In this document: piece after piece, positions 45,040 through 54,547 of the stretch
How the letters are laid out: every line of letters begins with the position of its first letter
Position numbering within the stretch: the stretch's first letter is position 1
Source of the DNA: Vicinamibacteria bacterium
GTDB lineage: Bacteria; Acidobacteriota; Vicinamibacteria; Marinacidobacterales; Marinacidobacteraceae
DNA: 64,000 bases
Assembly (NCBI GenBank): GCA_964291235.2
Contig: OZ219816.1
Coordinates: 1,920,001 to 1,984,000, forward strand
Direction of reading: 5' to 3'
The notes under the pieces: generated by a model
Told to the model about the DNA's origin: nothing
Databases searched by the model: none
What the model saw: only the letters and a program-made list of their open reading frames with translations
Position numbers and translations under genes: made by a program

Positions 45040-46290
45040 CTATTCCTCTCGAGCATCCACCAGCGGGCGTGCTTCGTGAGGGATCGTCCCGGAGGGAACC
45101 ACCTCCACGGCCGGCCGGATCTGCACCGCCTCGCGGATGCGTTCGGCTAGCCCGGCGGGGTCCATTGCGCGGTCGGACGCCGCCTCGACCCGCACGGTGA
45201 GGACGTCCCGCGCGCCTTCGGCGGACACCACCGCCTGGTAGCGCGCCACGTCCGGGTCGGACCCCAGGGCCCCGGCCAGTTCGCGCGGGTGCACGAACAT
45301 TCCCCGCACCTTCACCCCCTCCCCCACCCTGCCCAAAAAGCCCGCCAGACGGGGTTCGGAGCGGCCGCAGGGGCACCGTACGGCGTTCCAGGCGGAGAGG
45401 TCGCCGGTGCCGAAGCGAACCAGCGGATAGACCTCGTTGGGGCTGGTGACCACCACCTGCCCCGTCTCACCCGGCCCGGCCGGGCGGTCGTCGCCGGGCA
45501 GCAGCACCTCGACCACCACGTCCGGGGCGACGTGCCAGCCGTCCTTCTCGGCACACTCGTATCCGAGCAACCCGGTGTCGGCGGCCGCGTAGGCCTGGTA
45601 GACGTCCACCCCGAAGCCGTCCTGGAGGCGGGCGCGCAGCGCGGGCGGGAGCGGCGCGCCCGACACCAGGGCGCGCCGGAATCCGAGAGGCCGGCCCGAC
45701 TCCTCCGCCCGCTCGAGCAGGGTCAGCAGGAACTGGGGGGTGCCGGCATACCCGGTTGCGTCCGTGGCGCGGGCCGCCTCGACCTGGGCGGCGGTCGTGC
45801 TCACTCCCCCCGGAATCACCACGCACCCGGTAGCGCGCAGTCCCCCGTCGAGCATCGGGCCACCCGGCGTCAGGTGGTATGAAAAGCTGTTGAGCACCAC
45901 CTCGCCGGGACCGAAGCCGGCCGCCTTGAGAGCCGGCCCCAGGCGCCAGAAGTCCGGCCCGGTCCCCTGCGGGTCGTTGATCGGCCCCGGGGAGCGGTAG
46001 ATGCGCGCGAGCGACCCGAGCGCCACGGCGAGCATCCCCGCCAAGGGCGGATCGGCAGCCTGAAGCGCGGGCAACTCGTCCTTGGCCAGAACGGGAATCG
46101 CCCGCAGATCCGCGACGCCGCCCACGTCCCCGGGCCGGACGCCGGCCCGCGCGAGCCGCCGTCCGATCTCGGCGCTGTGCCCGGCCCCGTATTGGACCGC
46201 GCGCGCCGCGATCCCGTCCTGAAGCGCGCTCCAGTCCGCGGGCCCCTTCTCGACGGAGCCGTCGCCTGACGATGCTGGCGCTTCCCTCAC
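45040..46290 (-). CDS. Phenylacetate-CoA ligase-like (PaaK family) protein
   Basis: IPVLAKDEL, YRSPGP, NSFSYHLTPGG, SGAPL, QAYAAAD.G, RFGTGD, KVRGMFV. Confidence 0.85.
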   Translation of the reverse strand: MREAPASSGDGSVEKGPADWSALQDGIAARAVQYGAGHSAEIGRRLARAGVRPGDVGGVADLRAIPVLAKDELPALQAADPPLAGMLAVALGSLARIYRSPGPINDPQGTGPDFWRLGPALKAAGFGPGEVVLNSFSYHLTPGGPMLDGGLRATGCVVIPGGVSTTAAQVEAARATDATGYAGTPQFLLTLLERAEESGRPLGFRRALVSGAPLPPALRARLQDGFGVDVYQAYAAADTGLLGYECAEKDGWHVAPDVVVEVLLPGDDRPAGPGETGQVVVTSPNEVYPLVRFGTGDLSAWNAVRCPCGRSEPRLAGFLGRVGEGVKVRGMFVHPRELAGALGSDPDVARYQAVVSAEGARDVLTVRVEAASDRAMDPAGLAERIREAVQIRPAVEVVPSGTIPHEARPLVDAREE

Positions 46291-47135
46291 GACAGCCACC
46301 GCTTCCGCCGCCGGTAGTGCTTCACGTCCCGGTACGACCGGCGTCCGCCGTCGCCCAACCCCAGATAGAACTCCTTCACGTCCTCGTTGGCCCTGAGCTC
46401 TTCCGCTCCGCCTTCGAGCACCACCCGTCCTCCCTCCATGACGTATCCGTAGTCAGCTACCGAGAGGGCGACGCGAGCATTCTGCTCGACCAGGAGGATC
46501 GTGGTGCCCTCCTCGCGGTTGATGCGCCGCAAAGTTCCGAAGATGTTCTCGACGAGCATCGGCGCGAGCCCGAGCGACGGCTCGTCGAGCAGCATCATCC
46601 GCGGAGCGGCCATCAGCGCCCGGCCGAGCGCCAGCATCTGCTGCTCGCCGCCGGAGAGATAGCCCGCGAGCTGCCCGCGACGCTCCGCGAGCGCCGGAAA
46701 GTAGTGGTACACCTTGTCCGTTTCCGCCTCCAGGCCGCGCCGGGTCCCGCGCGTATATCCCCCCGCGAGCAGGTTCTCGCGCACGCTCAGATGCTCGAAG
46801 ACCCGCCGGCCTTCCAGGACCTGGAAGATGCCCTTTTCCACGATGCGGTGCGCGTCCATCCCCTGGATCTCCTCACCGTCGAAGACGATGGTCCCGTCAC
46901 TGACCTCGCCATCCTCGACGTAGAGCAGCCCGGAGCTGGCCTTGAGGGTCGTGGTCTTGCCCGCGCCGTTCGAACCGAGAAGAGCCGCGATCTGTCCTTC
47001 GGCGACCTCGAGCGACAACCCCCGGAGCACCAGGATCACGTCGTCGTAGAGGACTTCGATGTTGTTGAGGCTCAGGAGCGGCGCCGCGTTCGCGCCCGCC
47101 CGGCCCTTCGCGGCCGCCGGCACGGCCTGGCTCAC
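46287..47135 (-). CDS. Liv-type ABC transporter ATP-binding subunit (LivF-like)
   Basis: GSNGAGKTT, EGRRVF, LSGGEQQM, LLDEPSLGLAP, VEQNA, VKHYRRRKRW. Confidence 0.93.
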   Translation of the reverse strand: MSQAVPAAAKGRAGANAAPLLSLNNIEVLYDDVILVLRGLSLEVAEGQIAALLGSNGAGKTTTLKASSGLLYVEDGEVSDGTIVFDGEEIQGMDAHRIVEKGIFQVLEGRRVFEHLSVRENLLAGGYTRGTRRGLEAETDKVYHYFPALAERRGQLAGYLSGGEQQMLALGRALMAAPRMMLLDEPSLGLAPMLVENIFGTLRRINREEGTTILLVEQNARVALSVADYGYVMEGGRVVLEGGAEELRANEDVKEFYLGLGDGGRRSYRDVKHYRRRKRWLS

Positions 47136-47145
47136 CGCGCCGTCC

Positions 47146-48354
47146 TCACCATGCCGGCGCCGGAACGAAGTCCGTGAGCGGCGCCCACGTCCCTCCCTCC
47201 ACCCGGAAGATACGGAGCCCCTTCGACCCGCGGTGATCCGTGGGAGTGAAGGTGACGGGCGCGGTGACTCCTCCCATGTCGTAGTCGGAAAACGTCTCCA
47301 GGGCCGCCTTGATGTTCGCGCCGGTGAGTTCCCCGCCCGCCGCCAGCACTCTCCGCATGCCCTCCCCAAACGCCGCGAAGGTCCACCATCCCTGGGTGTA
47401 CGCGTTGGTCTTTCCCTCGAGCGACTCGCCCTTCGACTCCAGGAACTCCCGGATGACGCGCGTCCCCGGCACGTCCACGCTGAGGGGCGCGTAGGGCATC
47501 GTCCCCATGAGCCCCTCCGCCGCGTCGCCGGCCAACTGGATCACCTGGGCGTTGGAACACCAGTTCAGACAGAAGAAGGTGGCGTCGACCCGCAGACTGC
47601 GGGCGCCCTGCAGCGCCACCGCCGCCGGCCCCGACGTGTTCTGGAAGACCACGTACTCCGCGCCGCTCTGGCGGATGCGCGAGAACTCCGCGGTGAAGTC
47701 CACGGCTCCGCGAGGCATCTCGTAGAGGGTCAGCTCGATGCCCAGCGCTTCCGCGAACGCCTCCCCGCCCTGCCGCGCCGGCGACAGCCCGAAGGGACTC
47801 GCGTTGTGCATCAGCGCGACGACGGGCATCCCCTCGCCATGGTTGTCGGCGATCCACTGGAGGGCGATGCGGAACTGGTCGCTGTAGGTCGTGGCCAGCA
47901 GGAAGTTGTAGGGAGCCTCCGCCGGGTCGCCCAGGCGATGCGAGAGGGACGCGGAGCTGAACGGGATCTCGTCCTCGGCGATGCGCAGGCGCAGGGCCTC
48001 GGTGTCACCCGTGCCCCATCCCATGAAGATCACCGCCCCCTCGCCGACGAACTGGGTGTAGAGCTGCTCGGCGCGATCGACCTGATAGCCGTAGTCCTGG
48101 TAGATGAGGTCGATCGGGCGCCCCTCGATACCGCCCTGGCTGTTGGTCCAGTCGGCGAAGCCGCGCACGCCGTCGCCGTAGTCGGTCCCGACGTCGGCCG
48201 TGGGGCCGGTGAGGTCGAAGATCGCGCCGACCTTGATGCTGTCCGTATCCGGCTCCGCGCCGCCGCCACAGCCAAGGCACCCGATAGCGGCGCCGAGTGC
48301 GACCGCCACCAGACGATGGCCCAACCCTCTCCGATCACGCATTTCCTTCTTCAT
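47146..48354 (-). CDS. Liv-type ABC substrate-binding lipoprotein
   Basis: Lipobox CLGC, IFDLTGPTADVG, DYGY, GWGTGDTE, HNASPFG, FTPTDHRG. Confidence 0.9.
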   Translation of the reverse strand: MKKEMRDRRGLGHRLVAVALGAAIGCLGCGGGAEPDTDSIKVGAIFDLTGPTADVGTDYGDGVRGFADWTNSQGGIEGRPIDLIYQDYGYQVDRAEQLYTQFVGEGAVIFMGWGTGDTEALRLRIAEDEIPFSSASLSHRLGDPAEAPYNFLLATTYSDQFRIALQWIADNHGEGMPVVALMHNASPFGLSPARQGGEAFAEALGIELTLYEMPRGAVDFTAEFSRIRQSGAEYVVFQNTSGPAAVALQGARSLRVDATFFCLNWCSNAQVIQLAGDAAEGLMGTMPYAPLSVDVPGTRVIREFLESKGESLEGKTNAYTQGWWTFAAFGEGMRRVLAAGGELTGANIKAALETFSDYDMGGVTAPVTFTPTDHRGSKGLRIFRVEGGTWAPLTDFVPAPAW

Positions 48355-48391
48355 CCTTCCCTCAGTTTCTCATCTTCCCTCATCGCGCACG

Positions 48392-49465
48392 TCACCCCGA
48401 CCGGTTCTCGCCGCGCCGGTACGCAAACGGCCACACCTGGAAGTAATCCTTGACGTTCTCCCATAGTTTGGACAGCCCCCGCGGCTCGAAGATCAGGAAG
48501 AGGATGATCACGATCCCGAACACGGTTTGCTGGGCGTAGGGGAGGATGGACGCTGCCTGGGGCGCCGTGTCCTGGATGGCCCGGCCCAGGTTGGTGATCA
48601 TCGCCGGGAGCAGCGTGATGAGCGCCGCCCCCAGGAACGATCCCCGGATCGAGCCCAGGCCTCCCACGATGATCATCGCCAGGTAGACGATGCTCGTGTT
48701 CAGTGTGAACCGTTCCCAGGTGATGATGTTGCGGTGGAAGGCGATCATCGCCCCACAGAGCCCCACGAAGAACGAAGAGGTCGCGAATGCCAGCAGCTTG
48801 GTGCGGAAGACATCCACCCCGATGACGCTCGCCGCGACGTCCTGGTCACGTACGGCAGCGAAGGCGCGTCCGATGCGGCTCCGCATGAGGTTGGCCGTGA
48901 ACAGCGCGGTTCCGGCTGCGGTGAGCACCGCGAGCCAGTAGAAGTTGAAGCCCGTGTTCAGGCGCACCCCGAAGAGACTCGGCGCGGACAGCACGATCGC
49001 CTCGGTACCGCCCGTCACCGCGGTCCAGTTGGTCATCCCCCACTCCACGATCTCCTGGGCGGCAAGCGTCGCGATCGCCAGGTAGAGCCCTTTGAGCCGG
49101 AGCGACGGGAGCCCGAAGAAGGTGCCCGCGGCGGCGGTGACGAGGCAGGCGCAGAGGATGCTGGCGCCCCAGGGGACGCCGAAGTTCAGGGTCAGGAGCC
49201 CCGCGGTGTACGCCCCGATCGCCATGAAGGCGCCCTGCCCGAGGGAGATCTGCCCGGTGTAGCCCACCAGGATGTTCAAGCCGATCGCCCCCACCGTGGC
49301 AATGGCCACCTGGTTGGCCAGATCCAGCCAGTAGGGACTGGCCACGAACGGAAACACGAGCACGAAGAGGGCGAAGACTCCCAGCCGGATGCGCTGGGTG
49401 GGCCATGGGCGGAGGCCCATGTCCGACTGGTAGCGCGTGTGGAAGACGCCGCACTCCAGGCTCAT
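48392..49465 (-). CDS. Liv-type ABC permease (LivM-like)
   Basis: GLNILVGYTGQISLGQ, RLKGLYLAIATLA, IIVGGLGS, EPRGL. Confidence 0.93.
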   Translation of the reverse strand: MSLECGVFHTRYQSDMGLRPWPTQRIRLGVFALFVLVFPFVASPYWLDLANQVAIATVGAIGLNILVGYTGQISLGQGAFMAIGAYTAGLLTLNFGVPWGASILCACLVTAAAGTFFGLPSLRLKGLYLAIATLAAQEIVEWGMTNWTAVTGGTEAIVLSAPSLFGVRLNTGFNFYWLAVLTAAGTALFTANLMRSRIGRAFAAVRDQDVAASVIGVDVFRTKLLAFATSSFFVGLCGAMIAFHRNIITWERFTLNTSIVYLAMIIVGGLGSIRGSFLGAALITLLPAMITNLGRAIQDTAPQAASILPYAQQTVFGIVIILFLIFEPRGLSKLWENVKDYFQVWPFAYRRGENRSG

Positions 49466-49511
49466 GGGGATCTCCTCGTAGCTCTCCAGCAAGGGGTCCC
49501 CGGCCCCGTCG

Positions 49512-50384
49512 TCATACCCGTTCGATGACCTCTTTCCCGAAAAGGCCGTAGGGCCGGATCATGAGCACCAGGACGAGGACCACGTAGGGGACCACCAGGT
49601 TGAGTCCGTGCCCCACGTAGAAGCCGACGTAGACCTCGAGCAGCCCGATGATCGCCCCTCCGATGACCGCCCCCCCGATCGAGTCCAGCCCGCCGAGGAT
49701 CACCACGGGAAAGACCCGGAGACCGATGGACGCCACGTTGGGGCTCACTCCCACGATGCCCGCGAGCATGATCCCGCCGATTGCGGCCGAAGCGGCCGCC
49801 AGCCCCCAGGCGACTGCAAACACGCGCGGAATGCTGATCCCCATGCTGAGCGCCGCCTGCTGGTCGTCGGCGATGGCCCGCATGGCGATGCCGTCCCGGG
49901 TGTAACGGAAGAAGAGCCCCAGCCCCGCCAGCACCGCGAGGGCGATGGGGATGGAGAGCACCCGCCCGGTCGAGAGCGCCGCGGGGCCCAGCACGATGTC
50001 GCCGGCGGGAAGAAACGATTCGAAGGCGCGCGGGTTCGGACCCCAGGTGGCATTGATGACCCCCCGGAGAACCGACGAGAGCCCGATCGTCACCATGATC
50101 ATGGAGATGATGGGCTCGCCCACCAGGGGGCGCAGCACCAACCGCTCGACCGCCAGGGCGACGGCGACCGCGAGGAGCAGCGTCACAGCCACCCCGAGGC
50201 TCCAGGGGAGGCCGGTCTGGGCCACCGAGAAGAAGATCAGGTAGGTCCCCAGCAGGAGCAGGTCTCCCTGGGCGAAGTTGATGACGTCGCTCGCCTTGTA
50301 GATGACCACGAAGCCGGCCGCCACCAGCGCGTAGATCATTCCGGTACTGAGTCCGGACACGGTGAGCTGGAGGAAGATGTCCAT
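49512..50384 (-). CDS. Liv-type ABC permease (LivH-like)
   Basis: YALVAAGFVVIYKAS.VINFAQG, ILGGLDSIGGA, RPYGLFG. Confidence 0.93.
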   Translation of the reverse strand: MDIFLQLTVSGLSTGMIYALVAAGFVVIYKASDVINFAQGDLLLLGTYLIFFSVAQTGLPWSLGVAVTLLLAVAVALAVERLVLRPLVGEPIISMIMVTIGLSSVLRGVINATWGPNPRAFESFLPAGDIVLGPAALSTGRVLSIPIALAVLAGLGLFFRYTRDGIAMRAIADDQQAALSMGISIPRVFAVAWGLAAASAAIGGIMLAGIVGVSPNVASIGLRVFPVVILGGLDSIGGAVIGGAIIGLLEVYVGFYVGHGLNLVVPYVVLVLVLMIRPYGLFGKEVIERV

Positions 50385-50421
50385 GCTCAGCGGCCTGCGG
50401 CGCTCGTGATGCGGCGATCAC

Positions 50422-52326
50422 TCATGGACCCGATCCGTCCATCGTCTCGATCCGAAGCTCGTGCTCCACCGCCGCGGTGCGGCCGTCCTGGTAGGTGATC
50501 TCGGACGCCACGGCAACCGAGTCGTTGTCTCCCTGGAGAGCGTCGATGATTTCCCGGAAGCGACCGGCGATGTGACGCCGCCGCACCTTGCGCGTGCGGG
50601 TCAGCTCCGCATCGTCCGCGTGAAGTTCCTTGTAGAGCAGCAGGAAGCGGTGGATGCGCGCCGCGGGCGGGAGATCTCCGTTCACCTCGGAAACATGTTG
50701 CCGCAGCAGGTCGTACACCTCGGTGCGGCGGGCCAGGTCGGTGAAGGTCGTGTAGGCAATGCGGCGGCGCTCCGCCCACTGCCCGGCGTTCTCCATGTCG
50801 ATGGCGATCATCGCGGTGACGAACGGAGCTCCCGATCCTCCGAAGACCACCGCCTCGCCGATGTAGGGGCTGAACTTGAGCTTGTTCTCGACGCACTGCG
50901 GGGAGAAGCTGCTCCCGTCCGCGAGCTTCATCACGTCGGCCACCCGATCGATGACGACCAGGTGGCCGTGGTCGTCGAAGTAGCCCGCATCACCCGAGTG
51001 CAGCCAGCCGTCCTCGAGCGCCTCCGCCGTCGCCGCGGGGTTTTGGAAATAGCCCTGAAACACCGCGGGGCTCCGGCAGAGGATCTCGCCCTCCTCCGAG
51101 ATCCGGATCTCGGTCCGGGGCAGCGGCATACCCACCGTCTGGAACCGGATGTCGTCGTCCCGGTGAACCACGGAGATCCCGGACACCTCAGTCTGGCCGT
51201 AGAGCTGCTTCAGGTTCACTCCGATGGCGTGGTAGAAGCGAAAGACATCCGGGCCGAGCGCCGCGCCTCCGGTGTAGGCCCGCCGCACTCTGGCCAGTCC
51301 CAACTGGTCGCGGACCGGACCGAACACCATCCAGTCGGCCAACCGGTGGCCGACTCTCCGGGCAAACCCGACCCTTTGCCCGCGGAAACGGGCCTCGGCG
51401 CGGGCGGCGCCCTGCTTCATCGCCCAGCGGTAGATCCGGCGCTTGAGGGGAGTGGTGTCTTCGGCCATGACCTGCACGTCCGAAACCATGTTTTCCCAGA
51501 TCCGGGGCGGTGACATCAGGAACGCCGGCCCGATCTCGCGCGTGTCCTGGCGCGCGGTCGCGGTCTCCTCCGGGAAGTTCACCGTGAATCCCGCCAGCAG
51601 CCCGCTCGCCACCGCCACCATCTGCTCGCCGATCCAGGCGAGCGGAAGGAACGACACGAATTCGTCGTCCGCGTGCATCGCGTCCACGCTCTCGAGCTGC
51701 GATGCCATGGCGAGCAGGTTCTCGTGCGAGAGCATGGCCAGCTTCGGGACGCTGGTGGTGCCGGAGGTCGTGCAGAGCAGCGCAATGTCCCCGGGCTGGA
51801 CCGCGGCCAGCCGGCGGTCGAACTCCCCGGGCGACCTTTCATGAAGTCCGTCGCCGAGCGCTTCGACCTCCTCGAAGGACATGAGACCCGGCGCCTGGTA
51901 GCCGTACATACCGCGCCGGTCGTAGTAGACGATGCGCTCGAGCCCGGGCAGCCGGTCGCGCACTTCCAACACCTTGTCCACCTGCTCCTGATCCTCGGCC
52001 ACGATGACCCGCGCCCCGGCGGCCTCCAGCATGCGGGCGAGTTCGTCGGCGATGGAATCCTGATAGAGCCCCAGGGGGAGAATGCCGGCGGTCTGCGAGG
52101 CCAACTCTGCGATCACCCACTCCGGCCGGTTGTCTCCGACGATCGCGACCCGGTCGCCTTCCTCCAGACCGAGTTCCGTCAGCCCGAGTGAGAAACGCCG
52201 CACCCGCGCCAGGTAGTCCGCCCAGGTGATCTCCTGCCAGATCCCGAATTCCTTCTCACGCAGCGCGATATCGCCGGGACGCCTCGCGGCGTGGTTCGCG
52301 AGGACGCCAGGCAGGGTTCCGATCAC
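50422..52326 (-). CDS. Long-chain fatty acid-CoA ligase (AMP-binding)
   Basis: REKEFGIWQ, TSGTTSVPK, FLPLAWIGEQ, YGQTE, GWLHSGDAG, ELTRTRKVRR. Confidence 0.93.
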   Translation of the reverse strand: MIGTLPGVLANHAARRPGDIALREKEFGIWQEITWADYLARVRRFSLGLTELGLEEGDRVAIVGDNRPEWVIAELASQTAGILPLGLYQDSIADELARMLEAAGARVIVAEDQEQVDKVLEVRDRLPGLERIVYYDRRGMYGYQAPGLMSFEEVEALGDGLHERSPGEFDRRLAAVQPGDIALLCTTSGTTSVPKLAMLSHENLLAMASQLESVDAMHADDEFVSFLPLAWIGEQMVAVASGLLAGFTVNFPEETATARQDTREIGPAFLMSPPRIWENMVSDVQVMAEDTTPLKRRIYRWAMKQGAARAEARFRGQRVGFARRVGHRLADWMVFGPVRDQLGLARVRRAYTGGAALGPDVFRFYHAIGVNLKQLYGQTEVSGISVVHRDDDIRFQTVGMPLPRTEIRISEEGEILCRSPAVFQGYFQNPAATAEALEDGWLHSGDAGYFDDHGHLVVIDRVADVMKLADGSSFSPQCVENKLKFSPYIGEAVVFGGSGAPFVTAMIAIDMENAGQWAERRRIAYTTFTDLARRTEVYDLLRQHVSEVNGDLPPAARIHRFLLLYKELHADDAELTRTRKVRRRHIAGRFREIIDALQGDNDSVAVASEITYQDGRTAAVEHELRIETMDGSGP

Positions 52327-53159
52327 GGCGGGTCCCCGTTGCGGCCGGCATCGTCCGCCGTCCTTCCCAGGTAGGCGTCGATGACCGCAGGGTCGCTGCG
52401 GACCTCGTGCGGACTCCCCTGCGCGATCCGGCGCCCGAAGTCCAGCACCACGACCCGGTCGGCGATGTCCATGATGACGTCGATGTCGTGGTCCACGACC
52501 ACCACGGTGATGCCCTGCTCCTCGTGAACGTCGAGGATGAAGCGCGCCATCGACTCTTTCTCCTCGGCGTTCATCCCGGCCGTCGGCTCGTCCAGGAGGA
52601 GAAGGTTCGGACCGAGCGCCAGGGCGCGCGCCATCTCCACGAGGCGCTGATTTCCGTAAGCCAGATTTCCTACCACGGCGCTCCGCAGCGGCTCCAGGTT
52701 CATGAAGTCGACGATCCGCTCCACGTATTTCCGGTGCTCGATCTCCCGGCGGCGTTGACGACCCAGGTACAGGCCGCCGCCGAGCACGCCTCCCTTCATG
52801 TGCACATGGCGGCCGAGCATGAGGTTCTCGAGCACCGTCATGTGCTTGAACAGCTCGATGTTCTGGAAGGTACGCGCAACGCCCAGCTCCGCAATGCGGT
52901 GCGGCGCGAGCCGTTGGAGCGCGTGCCGGGCCCCATCGCGGCCGGTCAGGGTGATGCTCCCGTCCTGCGGGCGGTAGAGGCCGGAGACGCAGTTCAAAAC
53001 GCTGGTCTTCCCGGCCCCGTTGGGCCCGATGAGGGCCAGCAGCTCGCCGTCCCGGACCTCCATCGTGAGACCCGAGAGCGAGGTCACCCCCCCGAAGCGG
53101 AGGGTCAGGTCCGAGAGTTCAAGGATGGAGCGCCCTCCGGCGGCTGGGTTCCTTCCCAC
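52323..53159 (-). CDS. Liv-type ABC transporter ATP-binding subunit (LivG-like)
   Basis: FGG, GPNGAGKTS, ARTFQN, LAYGNQRLVE, LLDEPTAGM, VIDAYLG. Confidence 0.93.
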   Translation of the reverse strand: MGRNPAAGGRSILELSDLTLRFGGVTSLSGLTMEVRDGELLALIGPNGAGKTSVLNCVSGLYRPQDGSITLTGRDGARHALQRLAPHRIAELGVARTFQNIELFKHMTVLENLMLGRHVHMKGGVLGGGLYLGRQRRREIEHRKYVERIVDFMNLEPLRSAVVGNLAYGNQRLVEMARALALGPNLLLLDEPTAGMNAEEKESMARFILDVHEEQGITVVVVDHDIDVIMDIADRVVVLDFGRRIAQGSPHEVRSDPAVIDAYLGRTADDAGRNGDPP

Positions 53160-53258
53160 GGGATCGATGACGGTTGGATGAGGGTACGGCGGTGTTCCCC
53201 GGAGGACAAACGGGCCAGTGCGACGGAAGCGTTCCGGCGAGCGGCGGTTCCCTGGCGG

Positions 53259-54470
53259 TCAGCGGCTGCGGCCGCCTTCCGCCCACGCGAGGGCGGCAAA
53301 TGTCCCCGCCCCGAAGACGGTGAAGGCGCCGACCTGGGCGTACATGGTGCCGTCGAAGCTCTGGCCCACGAATCCGCCGAACGGCACCGCGATGAGCATG
53401 GTGAGCGAGGCGACCACCGCCGCTCCCACGCCCGCGATGTGGCCCAACGGCTGCATCGCCAGGGCATTGAGGTTCCCGAAGAGGAGGCCGACGCTGAAGA
53501 AGACGGCGAACAGGTAGCCGGCGAAGAACCAGAAGGGAGGAAGTCCGTCGAAGCTCAGCGTCACCACCCACGCCGCGACCGAAACCAGCGTCACGGACAC
53601 CGCCGCCGCCTTCGAGAGCCGGCGCATCCCGTGCTTCATCACGAGGCGGCCGTTCACGAGCGCGGCGCCGCCGACCGAGAGCGAGAGCACTCCGAACCAG
53701 AATGGGAACCACGCCCCGGTGCGGTAGGCCTCCTGGAAGATCTGCTGGGCCGAGCTCAGGTAGGCGACGAACGGGGCGAAGACCAGGCCGCTCGCCAAGG
53801 TGTAGCCGAGGGCGGCCCGGATGCCCAGGACCTCGAGGACACCCCTGCCGATGGCCCGCGGAGAGAACCGCCGCTGGTGGGCGGCGGGGAGAGTTTCCGG
53901 CTGGCGGATAGCGAACCACAGGAAGGTGATCGCGGCGATGGCGAAGAAGGTGCTGAAGATCGAGCGCCAGCCGCCGAGCCAGAGAATCCCCTGGCCGATG
54001 GCCGGGGCGACGGTGGGAATGAAGATGAAGACCGCCAGGATGAAGGACATGAGCCGCGCCATGCGGCGGCCTTCGTACTGGTCGCGCACGAGCGCCAGGG
54101 TCACGATGCGCGGCGCCGCGACTCCGACGCCCTGCAGGACGCGGCCGGCGATCATCACCTCGAAGGTGGAAGCAAAGACGCTCAGCAGGCACCCCGCCAT
54201 GAACAGGAAGATGCCGGCATGGATCGCGGGTTTCCGCCCAATGGCGTCGGAGAGGGGGCCGAAGAGCAGCTGGCCGAAGCCGAGTCCGACAAACAGGGCG
54301 GTGACCACGAACTGAACGTCGTTCGGGCGCTCGACGCCGAGGTCGCGGCCGATGGCCGGCAGGGCGGGCAGCATGGTGTCGATCGCAAGCGCGACCAGCG
54401 ACATCAGGAGCGCCGCAAGCGGAATGAACTCGCCGGGCCGCAGGGCCGGCCCGGCCGCCGTCCGGCTCAT
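53259..54470 (-). CDS. Bcr/CflA family MFS efflux transporter
   Basis: ALAIDTMLPALP, GPLSDAIGRKP, GRVLQG, VRDQYEG, PETL. Confidence 0.92.
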   Translation of the reverse strand: MSRTAAGPALRPGEFIPLAALLMSLVALAIDTMLPALPAIGRDLGVERPNDVQFVVTALFVGLGFGQLLFGPLSDAIGRKPAIHAGIFLFMAGCLLSVFASTFEVMIAGRVLQGVGVAAPRIVTLALVRDQYEGRRMARLMSFILAVFIFIPTVAPAIGQGILWLGGWRSIFSTFFAIAAITFLWFAIRQPETLPAAHQRRFSPRAIGRGVLEVLGIRAALGYTLASGLVFAPFVAYLSSAQQIFQEAYRTGAWFPFWFGVLSLSVGGAALVNGRLVMKHGMRRLSKAAAVSVTLVSVAAWVVTLSFDGLPPFWFFAGYLFAVFFSVGLLFGNLNALAMQPLGHIAGVGAAVVASLTMLIAVPFGGFVGQSFDGTMYAQVGAFTVFGAGTFAALAWAEGGRSR

Positions 54471-54547
54471 GGTCCGCCCCGGCCCCTCACCGCGTACACG
54501 GTGCCGCCGTCGTCAACCAGACGGGCACGGCGACGCGAAGACTCTCG

